Notes under the pieces: model-generated | Told to the model about the DNA's origin: nothing | Databases searched by the model: none | Seen by the model: the letters and a program-made list of their open reading frames with translations, nothing else | Shown here: one piece after another, positions 9,232 to 17,495 of the stretch | Layout of the letters: every line of letters begins with the position of its first letter | How positions within the stretch are numbered: position 1 is the first letter of the stretch | Made by a program: the position numbers and the translations under genes | IMG/VR virus record: IMGVR_UViG_3300042265_000067 | Coordinates: 1-39,654 of that record | Length of the DNA stretch: 39,654 nucleotides | Strand: one strand, 5' to 3' | Source: a virus | Lineage: Duplodnaviria; Caudoviricetes

Positions 9232-10566
9232 TCAGCGCTTGGCGTCGGTCGCGGTTTTCTTGGCAGCGGCCACGATGGGGCTTTCCTTGGCCGCGGCGGC
9301 CGGGGCGGTGGCGATGATGCCTGCCGCATCGCTGCGGGCGGCGAGATCGGCCAGAACGCGGGCGCGCAGGGCTTCGGGTTTCAGGCCCGTGGTGACAGCA
9401 TCGGCCGCGTCGATGGTCACGCCAAGGCGCGCTGCCTGCGCACAGACCTGCGCCACCTCGGCGGCTTCGGCACGCACGGCGTCGGCGGTCATGGCGGCGG
9501 TGTCAGGTGCTGCAGCGTTCACGGGCGGTTCGGGCGTGGCCGGTGATACCGTTGCCGTAGGGGGATTGGCAGCTGCATCGGCAACCGGCGCCGGGTTCGA
9601 TGTGTCGGTGGGCGTGGTGGTCATCTGTGGACCCTTTCTGCTGGAGGAAGTGGTGCCGCGCGGGGCGGCGGCGAAGGCGCGGAAGGCGGAGACGGGGTCG
9701 GCCAGGTCGTCTGCCAGACCGGCTTTGAGCGCATCGGCCCCGCGAAACACTGACGCCTCTGTCGCCAGCGCTGCGGCGTGTGTCAGCCGGTCGCCACGAC
9801 CGGCGGCGACGGTTTCCGCAAACAGGAACCGCACCACCTCCAGCTCGCGCTGCATCCTGTCGTGAACGGTGTCGGGCAGCGGCTGGTAGGGGTTGGCGTC
9901 GATCTTGTGCGCGCCCGCATGGATCAGGGTGACCGCGATGCCCTTCTGATCCAGCGCCCCGCTCATGTCGGTGTGCAGGGCCACCACGCCGATGCTGCCG
10001 ACAGCGCCAGTACGGGGCAGGATGATCCGGTCGGCCTGGGAAGCCAGGACATAGCCAGCAGAGAGCGCGTGTTCGGCGACAAAGGCCTGGACAGGCTTCT
10101 GCGCCCGAGCCGCGCGGATGCGGTCCGCCAGATCGAAGGCCCCGGCGACCTCACCGCCAAAGCTGTCGATGTCGAGCGCGATGCCCCGCACGCCGGGATC
10201 GGCCAGCGCTGCGTGCAGTTGGGCCGCGATCCCCTCATAGGAGGTCAGGCCTGACGACTGTCCGATCCACGCGCCGCGATGCACCAGCGTTCCGGCGATT
10301 TCGATGACGGCAATGCCCTCAATCATGGCGAAGGGCTGGGTGCCATTGCGCTGATGACGCTGGGCAAGATCATTGCCAAGCAGCGAGGCGCGGGCGGGCC
10401 TGGTAGCGACGTCGATATCGCCAGCGGGCAGATCGACGCCATGTAAGGTGATCTCCTGCCCGGTGATGCGCGGACCCAACCCGGACAGGAACGCCAGCGC
10501 CTTTGCCGGGTCGACCATCAACGGCGTGTTGAAAGCGCGTTGAGCGATCTGGGCGTGGTGCATCAT
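9232..10566 (-). CDS. S49 family prohead protease with C-terminal scaffold region (gpC/Nu3-like)
   Basis: LDIDSFGG, ALSAGYVLAS, GSIGV, GAHK motifs; Pro/Ala-rich C-terminus beginning at an internal Met (MTTTPTD) with an AAAGG upstream. Confidence 0.9.
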   Translation of the reverse strand: MMHHAQIAQRAFNTPLMVDPAKALAFLSGLGPRITGQEITLHGVDLPAGDIDVATRPARASLLGNDLAQRHQRNGTQPFAMIEGIAVIEIAGTLVHRGAWIGQSSGLTSYEGIAAQLHAALADPGVRGIALDIDSFGGEVAGAFDLADRIRAARAQKPVQAFVAEHALSAGYVLASQADRIILPRTGAVGSIGVVALHTDMSGALDQKGIAVTLIHAGAHKIDANPYQPLPDTVHDRMQRELEVVRFLFAETVAAGRGDRLTHAAALATEASVFRGADALKAGLADDLADPVSAFRAFAAAPRGTTSSSRKGPQMTTTPTDTSNPAPVADAAANPPTATVSPATPEPPVNAAAPDTAAMTADAVRAEAAEVAQVCAQAARLGVTIDAADAVTTGLKPEALRARVLADLAARSDAAGIIATAPAAAAKESPIVAAAKKTATDAKR

Positions 10567-12059
10567 GCGCCCTCCTTGGGGCCGGGTTTTTCATCGGCGG
10601 TGTCGTCGGCCTCGTCGTCCTTTTCTGCGTTGGGATCCTCATCCGTCTTGCCGCTTTCGCCCGGCCCCTGCGCCGGGGATCCCGGGCGCCGGAAGTCGAG
10701 GCCCAGTGCCAGTTCGCGTTTTCGCTCGGCTGCGATTTCGCGGTCCACCTGTTCGGCGTCGTATCCCCGCTCCGCCAGCGCCTGCGTGCGGGATTTCAGA
10801 CCCGCCTCGATCTGCAGGATCTCGGCCGAGGCATCCTTCATCGGGTCGATCCAGTCCCATTTGGTCGGCAACCAGGCGCAGGCCTGATATTGCCGCCGCT
10901 CGTTGTCATAACCCGGCACGTCCAGCGCGCCGGAGAGAACTGCGGTATCCATCCAGCGCACCCAGACGGCGCGGCAGAGCTGATAGACCAGCACACCATG
11001 CTGCCAGGCCGAGATGCGACGGCGGAATTCGATGAGGCTGATCCGCGTGTTCGAGAAGTTGCCCTTGGCGGTGTCGCCGGTCAGATAGCCATAGGGCACG
11101 CCCAGCGCGGCGGCGATCTGCAGCAGCGTGCGGTACTGGAATGGCTCATAGGTGCCGCCCGAATCCGGCGTGGCCGGGGTCGACACATCCTCGCCCGGAT
11201 CGAGCCGCACCACCTGACCGGGTTCGACCTCCAGATCCTCCTCGGTTGGTTCCAGCGGGGTTTCCGGGGCGGGGGAGGTGATGAACATCGCGAACATCGC
11301 CGCGATCTTTTTGCGCTCAAGCTCTGCGTCATCGTAGAGGTCGAGGGTGAACAGTTTCACGATGGCGGCGGCAAACCGCGACACGCCGCGCAGCTGGCCC
11401 GCCTCGACCGGGTCGAGGACATGGATCACATCGCCAGCCTGAACGCGGACAGTTTCGCCCGCAAGGCCGGGGTCGGTCAGATCACCCGGATGGCGGCGCA
11501 GGAAGTGGTAGGCGACGCGGCGACCGATGCCGTCGAATTCGATGCCCTGCCGGATCAGCCCCGCGCCGGGCAGGGTGCGGTTCATGTCGATGGGCAGCAT
11601 CTCAGTTGGCAGCATCTGCAATTGCAGCGGCACGGTCAGGCCATCCTCTGCCCGGCGCGGCCTGATGCGAATGAACACCTCACCCGACAGGAACACTTCG
11701 CGGGCGGCTCGGCGCTGCAGCCCGTAGAAATCCGTCAGTCCTTCCGCGTCGGCATCATCGGTCCAGGCCAGCCACAATGCTTGCAGCTCTTCCTTCCTGG
11801 CCGCATCCGCGATGGAACTGGACGGTTTAATCCCGTCGCCGACGACATTGCTGGCAAAGCTCTCCACCGCATTCGCGGCATAGCCGTTGTTCCGGACCAG
11901 CCAGCGGGCGCGGGCAGTGATCGTGTCGCCCGAGGCCGCGATCAGCGTGTTCACATGGGCGCGGCTGGCGCGGAACCCGCGCAGGCGGCGGTGGGCCAGT
12001 GCGGCATCGAACCCGCCGATGAGGCTTCCGATGCGCTGGCGGAATTCTCTGAGCGCCAT
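10563..12059 (-). CDS. Portal protein, lambda family
   Basis: RARWLVRNNGYA, GQLRGVS, GNFSNTR, WIDPMKD. Confidence 0.92.
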   Translation of the reverse strand: MALREFRQRIGSLIGGFDAALAHRRLRGFRASRAHVNTLIAASGDTITARARWLVRNNGYAANAVESFASNVVGDGIKPSSSIADAARKEELQALWLAWTDDADAEGLTDFYGLQRRAAREVFLSGEVFIRIRPRRAEDGLTVPLQLQMLPTEMLPIDMNRTLPGAGLIRQGIEFDGIGRRVAYHFLRRHPGDLTDPGLAGETVRVQAGDVIHVLDPVEAGQLRGVSRFAAAIVKLFTLDLYDDAELERKKIAAMFAMFITSPAPETPLEPTEEDLEVEPGQVVRLDPGEDVSTPATPDSGGTYEPFQYRTLLQIAAALGVPYGYLTGDTAKGNFSNTRISLIEFRRRISAWQHGVLVYQLCRAVWVRWMDTAVLSGALDVPGYDNERRQYQACAWLPTKWDWIDPMKDASAEILQIEAGLKSRTQALAERGYDAEQVDREIAAERKRELALGLDFRRPGSPAQGPGESGKTDEDPNAEKDDEADDTADEKPGPKEGA

Positions 12060-12062
12060 CGT

Positions 12063-12278
12063 TCACAGCCCCTTCGTGGCGACCGTGCCCCAGCGGCGGC
12101 GGCGCGGGGTGCCGGATGTGGCTTTGGCGATCCGGATTTCTAGATCGGCAATGGCATTCGCCAGTTCCGCGTCCGACCCATAGTTGATCGATTTGCCGTC
12201 ATAACTGACCGAGCGGACGCCCGCGTAACGCGCCTCCTGCAGTGCGGCCAGCAGGGCGCGCATCCGTTCCAGATCCAT
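12063..12278 (-). CDS. Head-tail joining protein (gpW-like)
   Basis: 71 aa between terminase and portal; GVRSVSYDGKSINYGS..EL. Confidence 0.82.
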   Translation of the reverse strand: MDLERMRALLAALQEARYAGVRSVSYDGKSINYGSDAELANAIADLEIRIAKATSGTPRRRRWGTVATKGL

Positions 12279-12279
12279 C

Positions 12280-14346
12280 TCAGTCCCTCATGAAGTTCGG
12301 TGTGTAGGCCCGGCGTTTGCGCCGTGGCGTGGCCGGTGTTCCCGCCTTGGGTGGGGCGGGCGTGACCGGTTCCGAGGCCGCTCCGTCGACAGCGGCCGGA
12401 GCGACGGGCGGACGGGTTTCCACCCCGGCCTGCGTCTCGAGCCGCTGCCAGGTCGCCTCGTTCCAGCGATCCGCGCCCATGATCCAGGCCGCCGCCCGCG
12501 CATAGACACGGGTGTCGAGGGCCTCATTGCGTTCGCGCATCTTCTGCCATTCGGGGTGCGCGTAGCCGCGCTTGTTGCGCACGGTGACCAGCTGTTCGGC
12601 CACCAGTTGCTTCAGCCATTCGGTGTCGATCCAGTCGGGCAAGTGCACCGTGCCGGGGGCATCGAGGACGCCCAGAGCCCGGTCCTCGTCTGAGGGCCGT
12701 TCCAGCCGCAGGAAGCGGTAGGTTTCTGTCTTGAAGGTGGCCGTGGCCACCGACCACAGCCGCGCGCCGCGCCGCAGACGTTTGCCGCCGATGGTGGCAT
12801 CGACAAAGGTCGGCCCCGACACCGGCGTCGCACGGTTGAAGCCTTCGAGGCCCTTGATCGGCGCGACCTGCTCAAAACCCTGCTTGCGCGCCCACGCATA
12901 GACCGCCGGGGCCTCATAGCCGGTGTCGATGGCGAGCTTTCCGATCAGCATCACTGCGCCATTGGCGCAGGCCCATGTCCGACCGAGCAGGGCGGTGAGC
13001 TTGTCCCAGCACATCGGATCGTCCGGACCACCGGCAATGACGATATGATCGACGAGCCAGCTCTCGAGGCCTCGGCCCCAGGCCCATACATCGACTTCGA
13101 TCCGGTCCTTCTGTACATCGACGCCAGCGGTCAGGAACAAGCCGCCTGCCGGGATTTGCACGCCGCCATAGGCCTCACGCCGCTCGGCCAGCCGCTGCCA
13201 TTCCGGCGCATCGCCGCTCTCGACCCATGTCTCGCCCAGCAGGGTGTTGCGCGCGGCGCGCAGCATCTCCTCCGAGCCTTGCGCGGCCAGCCACTCGCGG
13301 GCGATCTGCTGCCAGCTTTTCCAGCCCAGCGGAGAATAGAGCGCCGAGATATGAAAGCCGATGGACTGCGGATCGGATGACACCGCCGTTGCCCGCCATT
13401 CGCCCCGCTCCAGCATCTGCGTCTTGTGATGCTCGGCGATGGCGGTCTCGCAGCCCGTGCAATGATAGGCAGCGGTGTCGGGCCGCCCCTTGCCCCAGCG
13501 CAGGCGTTCAAACTGCAGCCATTGCATATGGCCGCAATGCGGGCAGGGCACGAAATACCGGCGCTGGTCGCTGGCCTCAAACTCCCGTTCAATGCGTGAC
13601 AATCCCCGGATCGTGGGCGTCGAGACCATGAACACCTTCCGCCGGTGCGAAAAGGTCGTGGTGCGCGCCTCGGCCAGCGTGACCGGGTCGCCTTCCTCGT
13701 CGGCGGAGGGTGGATAGGCATCGACCTCGTCGAGAAAGATATACCGGGCAGGCATCGAGCGCAGGCCCGTCGCCGAGTTGGCACCCGTCAGCACGAGGAT
13801 GCCACCGGGAAACTCTTTTGAGAGCATCGAGTTGCCCGCGTCGCGTGACCGGGCCGGGTTCACCCGTTCGCGCAGCGCCGGGCTTTCCGCAATCAGCGGG
13901 TCCAACCGCCCGCGCGAGGTCCGCTTGGCCATCTCCACCGTCGGCAGCACCGCCAGCATCGGCCCCGGCGCATGATGGATGACAAATCCGATCCAGTTGT
14001 TGCCTGCCTCGGTCGCGCCGACCTGCGCGGCTTTCATGAAGCTCACGCGCTGCGCGTGGTGCCGAGGCGACAGCGCATCCATGATCTCGCGCAGGTAAGG
14101 CGCGCGGGCCGTGCGATACCGCCCCGGTTCAGCCGCAGCGCGCGACGACAGCCAGCGATGCGCATCCGCCCATTCCGACACCGTCAGGTCCGGGTCGGGG
14201 CGCATGCCGTTGCGCCAAACCCGCAGGATATCCTCGGCCCCGTCAAACCCGAGATCGAGGTCGGCTGTTAGGTCGACGTTGGCAATGTCGTCGTTATCCG
14301 AGGCTGACCCGGAGATCGGCGAGGGCGTCGAGTTGCGCTCTGACAT
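12280..14346 (-). CDS. Terminase large subunit (lambda gpA family); start uncertain
   Basis: LTVSEWAD, Walker A KAAQVGAT, Walker B IFLDE, STPT, CPHC..CTGC, GVDVQ, RNEALD. Confidence 0.95.
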   Translation of the reverse strand: MSERNSTPSPISGSASDNDDIANVDLTADLDLGFDGAEDILRVWRNGMRPDPDLTVSEWADAHRWLSSRAAAEPGRYRTARAPYLREIMDALSPRHHAQRVSFMKAAQVGATEAGNNWIGFVIHHAPGPMLAVLPTVEMAKRTSRGRLDPLIAESPALRERVNPARSRDAGNSMLSKEFPGGILVLTGANSATGLRSMPARYIFLDEVDAYPPSADEEGDPVTLAEARTTTFSHRRKVFMVSTPTIRGLSRIEREFEASDQRRYFVPCPHCGHMQWLQFERLRWGKGRPDTAAYHCTGCETAIAEHHKTQMLERGEWRATAVSSDPQSIGFHISALYSPLGWKSWQQIAREWLAAQGSEEMLRAARNTLLGETWVESGDAPEWQRLAERREAYGGVQIPAGGLFLTAGVDVQKDRIEVDVWAWGRGLESWLVDHIVIAGGPDDPMCWDKLTALLGRTWACANGAVMLIGKLAIDTGYEAPAVYAWARKQGFEQVAPIKGLEGFNRATPVSGPTFVDATIGGKRLRRGARLWSVATATFKTETYRFLRLERPSDEDRALGVLDAPGTVHLPDWIDTEWLKQLVAEQLVTVRNKRGYAHPEWQKMRERNEALDTRVYARAAAWIMGADRWNEATWQRLETQAGVETRPPVAPAAVDGAASEPVTPAPPKAGTPATPRRKRRAYTPNFMRD

Positions 14347-14848
14347 GGGCTTCCAGCACCCTCTGCAGGATCGCGGCCTCGATCATCACCGGTTTGCCGG
14401 ATTGCTTCTCCACCTCCGCTGCCACTTCGGCCGCCATCAGCGCTGCTACCCTGCTGGGCCAGGTCACCCAGGCATCGCGTTCCTGGCGCGCAAGGCGAAA
14501 CACCAGCGTCTCGGCCCGGGCCCGGTCCACAAGCGTGCCCTTGCGCTTCTGGATTGCCAACTGCTTGTCCTGCGCCTGGTAGACCGTCAGCGCCGTGCGG
14601 GCTTTCAGGTAGGACGAGCTGTCTGCTGGCCCGGAAAACCCACTGTCGCCGCCGGTGCGACCGGTGCGACCGGTGCTGCGCCGCTGCTGGTCGGGGTCGG
14701 TCATGTCAGCGCGGCGCACATCGGACGCGGCGGCGTTGATCGACCCGTCACTGTAAACCACCAGCCGCCCTGCCTTGCGCGCCTTCTGGATCGCCCCGCG
14801 CGACAAACCAGAATGGGCGGAATACTCCCGCTCGGACATACCTTCCAT
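14294..14848 (-). CDS. Putative terminase small subunit (N-terminal HTH)
   Basis: MSEREYSAHSGLSRGAIQKA HTH; GTLVDR motif; directly upstream of and overlapping the large subunit ORF. Confidence 0.75.
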   Translation of the reverse strand: MEGMSEREYSAHSGLSRGAIQKARKAGRLVVYSDGSINAAASDVRRADMTDPDQQRRSTGRTGRTGGDSGFSGPADSSSYLKARTALTVYQAQDKQLAIQKRKGTLVDRARAETLVFRLARQERDAWVTWPSRVAALMAAEVAAEVEKQSGKPVMIEAAILQRVLEAHVRAQLDALADLRVSLG

Positions 14849-14976
14849 GGCGCTTTGATTGCCTTCAAGATATTGGAATTAAACGGAAATGATCTGCTTA
14901 TTCAGTTGATTACACTCCCGTGTCGAGCGATTCTGGGTCCAAGGAAACGATGCAACTCACCCCCGGAGACGACGCC

Positions 14977-15177
14977 ATGACCGCAAAGACCGCCCCCGCC
15001 AAAGCCCCCAGCGACGCCCTGCTGCTGGAGATCGTGACGAAGCATTTCCACAGCATCGAGACGCTGGAGACCCGGAACAGCGACCGGCTGGACTTCCACG
15101 ATGTCGCGGTCTGGGCGATCCGCGCCGCCTTGGCAGAGGCCTATGCCGCGGGCCACGCCGCCGCCGCGAAGCGCTGA
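14977..15177 (+). CDS. Small conserved phage protein (DUF6900-like)
   Basis: IETLETRNSDRLDFHDVAVWAIRAAL..AY motif; GGAG RBS. Confidence 0.75.
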   Translation: MTAKTAPAKAPSDALLLEIVTKHFHSIETLETRNSDRLDFHDVAVWAIRAALAEAYAAGHAAAAKR

Positions 15178-15191
15178 AGGAGGGCAGGGAC

Positions 15192-15413
15192 ATGACCATG
15201 GCTACTACCACCATCCGCATCGACCATGCCGCCCTGCCGGATCCGCTGAACCTCAATGGCCCGGACTCTGCCGCCCGGATGATCGAGGCTGCGCTCCGCG
15301 ACGAAGGCATCAAGGCCGAGGCATCGGACGTGATCTCGCATCTGAAGATCGAGCTGCCCACCACCCAGCTTGCCGCCGCCTGCGTCCTGCTGGCGAGCCT
15401 TCAGCTGATCTGA
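15192..15413 (+). CDS. Hypothetical protein
   Basis: RBS, high-GC codon bias, tight operon spacing. Confidence 0.65.
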   Translation: MTMATTTIRIDHAALPDPLNLNGPDSAARMIEAALRDEGIKAEASDVISHLKIELPTTQLAAACVLLASLQLI

Positions 15414-15425
15414 GGGGGCACCACC

Positions 15426-15788
15426 ATGACCCTGTCCTTCAACTGCCTGCCCGAGGGCGAGACCCTCGCTGACCTGATCCGACGCGAATGCGCCATCGGG
15501 TTTGATTTGCGTTTCTGCCGAAGCGTTGCCGCGTCAGAGCACGACCGCGACACCGTGACCTGCGATCCGCCCGAGGCCGAGTTCGCCACGCTTTATGCCC
15601 TGACCGACCTCGGCGAGGCCATTGCCATCCACGATGCCAACCTGACCAGCGCTGGGGCCGATGAGGTCGCCGCTGTCGCGCGCGCGCTGTTCGTCGCGAT
15701 GGTCAACGCTCGCCGCGATCCGCCCGACGCCGCCCAGCGCCACGAGGCGGAGCAGGCGGTGTTGATCGATCCGCATCGGATCGAATGA
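15426..15788 (+). CDS. Hypothetical protein
   Basis: GAGGGGG RBS, codon bias, operon position. Confidence 0.65.
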   Translation: MTLSFNCLPEGETLADLIRRECAIGFDLRFCRSVAASEHDRDTVTCDPPEAEFATLYALTDLGEAIAIHDANLTSAGADEVAAVARALFVAMVNARRDPPDAAQRHEAEQAVLIDPHRIE

Positions 15789-15890
15789 TTATAAAGCCAT
15801 GAAATTGCTCCGATTTGCCTACGACAATCGCCCGACCCGAGCGATGGTTGTCACAGAAAAACGATGCAACTCACTCCAAGGAACCACGCC

Positions 15891-16196
15891 ATGACCCGCC
15901 TCAACCAGATCACCACACCCCGCCACCAGCTGCGCGCCGAGAAAGCCCGCCGGAACAAGGGTGAGACCGGTTCCGCCACCGGTTCAAGGAACCGGTCGAA
16001 CGCGCTGAACGCCTTCATTGGCAAGAAAGCAGAAATCGACGAGATGCTCGCCCGCTTGGCGAGTCTCAGCGACGACCATTTCAACTGCCACCCCGACGAG
16101 ATCATCTGGGGGCATGTCGGCACCCTCGAGCACTACGCAAGCCTCTTGAAGCGCATCACCGACAGCGCATTTGGCGAGGGTGAGTTCGCCGAGTGA
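15891..16196 (+). CDS. Hypothetical conserved prophage protein
   Basis: AAGGA RBS; AFIGKKAEIDEMLARL..LSDDHF..P..WGHVGTLEHY motif. Confidence 0.7.
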   Translation: MTRLNQITTPRHQLRAEKARRNKGETGSATGSRNRSNALNAFIGKKAEIDEMLARLASLSDDHFNCHPDEIIWGHVGTLEHYASLLKRITDSAFGEGEFAE

Positions 16197-16219
16197 GCCC
16201 CCGCCCTGTGCCTCGCCCG

Positions 16220-16238
16220 GCCCGCCACCATGGCGGGC
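16220..16238 (+). other. Intergenic GC hairpin
   Basis: GCCCGCCA-CCA-TGGCGGGC, only a weak U tail. Confidence 0.4.
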
Positions 16239-16294
16239 TTGGTCTGGTAGGAGAATGCGCATTCCGCGCTGCTCGACCAAACCGGAGACATCCC

Positions 16295-16661
16295 ATGCCC
16301 AAACTCACCGACACGCAGACCATCATCCTCAGCCGCGCGGCGACCCGCCCCGGCAATCTGGCCATGCCGCTGCCCGAGGGGCTGCATGGCGCGGCCGCCA
16401 AGATGGCCCGATGTCGCACCGACGCCCGAAGCTGCGGACACCGCAAAACCCGTCGCCATCCGCTCGGGCACGAAGCAGGCGCAGATCATCGCGCTCATTC
16501 AGCGGCCCGAGGGCGCATCCATCGCCGAGATCGTCGAGGCGACGGGTTGGTTGGCTCACAGCGTGCGTGGCCTGATCTCGGGCGGACTCAAAAAGAAGCT
16601 GGGCCTGCCCGTAACCTCCGAGAAAGTTGAGGGCAGGGGGATGGTGTACAAAGTTCCCTGA
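16295..16661 (+). pseudogene. DUF3489-domain wHTH protein, internally deleted and frameshifted near 16405
   Basis: N-terminus MPKLTDTQTIILSRAA..LHGAAAK and C-terminus GTKQAQIIALIQRPEGASIAEIVEATGWLAHSVRG are in different frames. Confidence 0.75.
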
Positions 16662-17057
16662 TCATTGTGTTAGTGCCTCTCCCGTGCGTACTCTCTCGAA
16701 CTTGGTGTCAACATTGCTGATGCCGTTCAGTCGTGCGGCAAGCCATTTACCTTTTGCCATCCTATCTTGGACACGCGCGCGATGTGAATCTGGAGAAAGA
16801 GGTTGTTTCCTGTTGTGTCGCCGCGTGTTGCAGTACCAGCACGCGGCGACGATGTTGTTTGATGAGTTTGCCCCGCCCTCGGCGCGAGGGAGCAGGTGTT
16901 CGGCAGTACAGCGCAGGGCTTTTTGCATGCTTTGTGCTCGGCAGATTGCGGGCATGTCATGATCCGTTTCCGGATCCCACATCGGCAGGCCACAGTAATA
17001 ACACCGTCCCTCCTGCGCATGCATTTTGGCTCGGCGAATATTCGATAGTTTTCCCAT
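16662..17057 (-). CDS. HNH endonuclease
   Basis: QEGRCYYCG, TAEHLLPRAEGG..NIVAACWYCN; GGAG RBS before ATG 17057. Confidence 0.88.
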   Translation of the reverse strand: MGKLSNIRRAKMHAQEGRCYYCGLPMWDPETDHDMPAICRAQSMQKALRCTAEHLLPRAEGGANSSNNIVAACWYCNTRRHNRKQPLSPDSHRARVQDRMAKGKWLAARLNGISNVDTKFERVRTGEALTQ

Positions 17058-17285
17058 GGCACGGGTTCTCCATTCAACTTCGTGAGAAGCGAATGCGCGA
17101 CGCCCTTGGAGGGCGCTCCCCGGCGGGAAGCTTTTGCTCGCGCGAGACCCGATTGTTCGTAGTTTCGCAATCCGGACAACGAAATCGTCAGGATAGTTTC
17201 TGCCGATTTGAGGGAACTTTTGCTCCGTCAAGACCCGATTTCGGACCTCCGATTTCATGGATGATAATGAGCAGTGAAGCCCTCG

Positions 17286-17495
17286 TCAACAGATGCACTC
17301 GAACAGCCTGCGCAGCGCGTAGGTGCGCAGGAGCGAGATGCCGGTGAACAGGGCGCCAATGGTGAGGTTCTCGGCAATGCTTGGGTGCAGGCCGAACCAC
17401 GGGAAAACCGCGATCTGTGTGGCCACTGCCAGCGCATAGCCCACCGTGACATTGGTGATGGCCTCCATCAGCGACATGCGGCGCGACTGTTTCAT
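17286..17495 (-). CDS. Small two-TM membrane protein
   Basis: MKQSRRMSLMEAITNV..RTYALRRLFE; ATGA overlap with the upstream MTase stop. Confidence 0.75.
   Translation of the reverse strand: MKQSRRMSLMEAITNVTVGYALAVATQIAVFPWFGLHPSIAENLTIGALFTGISLLRTYALRRLFECIC

Noticed and set aside
14652-14676. 9-bp tandem repeats (TGRTGRTG in the small terminase; DERDERDE near 17532-17555)
   Set aside because: Short in-frame slippage duplications in linkers with no evident function
17160-17195. Possible hammerhead ribozyme (CUGACGA...GAAA on the minus strand)
   Set aside because: Stem II cannot close next to the core and no stem I/III partners were found
17058-17258. 67 aa N-terminal extension of the HNH ORF in the ORF track
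   Set aside because: Good RBS at ATG 17057; the extension overlaps the repeat and structured leader
17286-17495. Holin call for the small membrane protein
   Set aside because: No adjacent endolysin; two hydrophobic segments alone are insufficient
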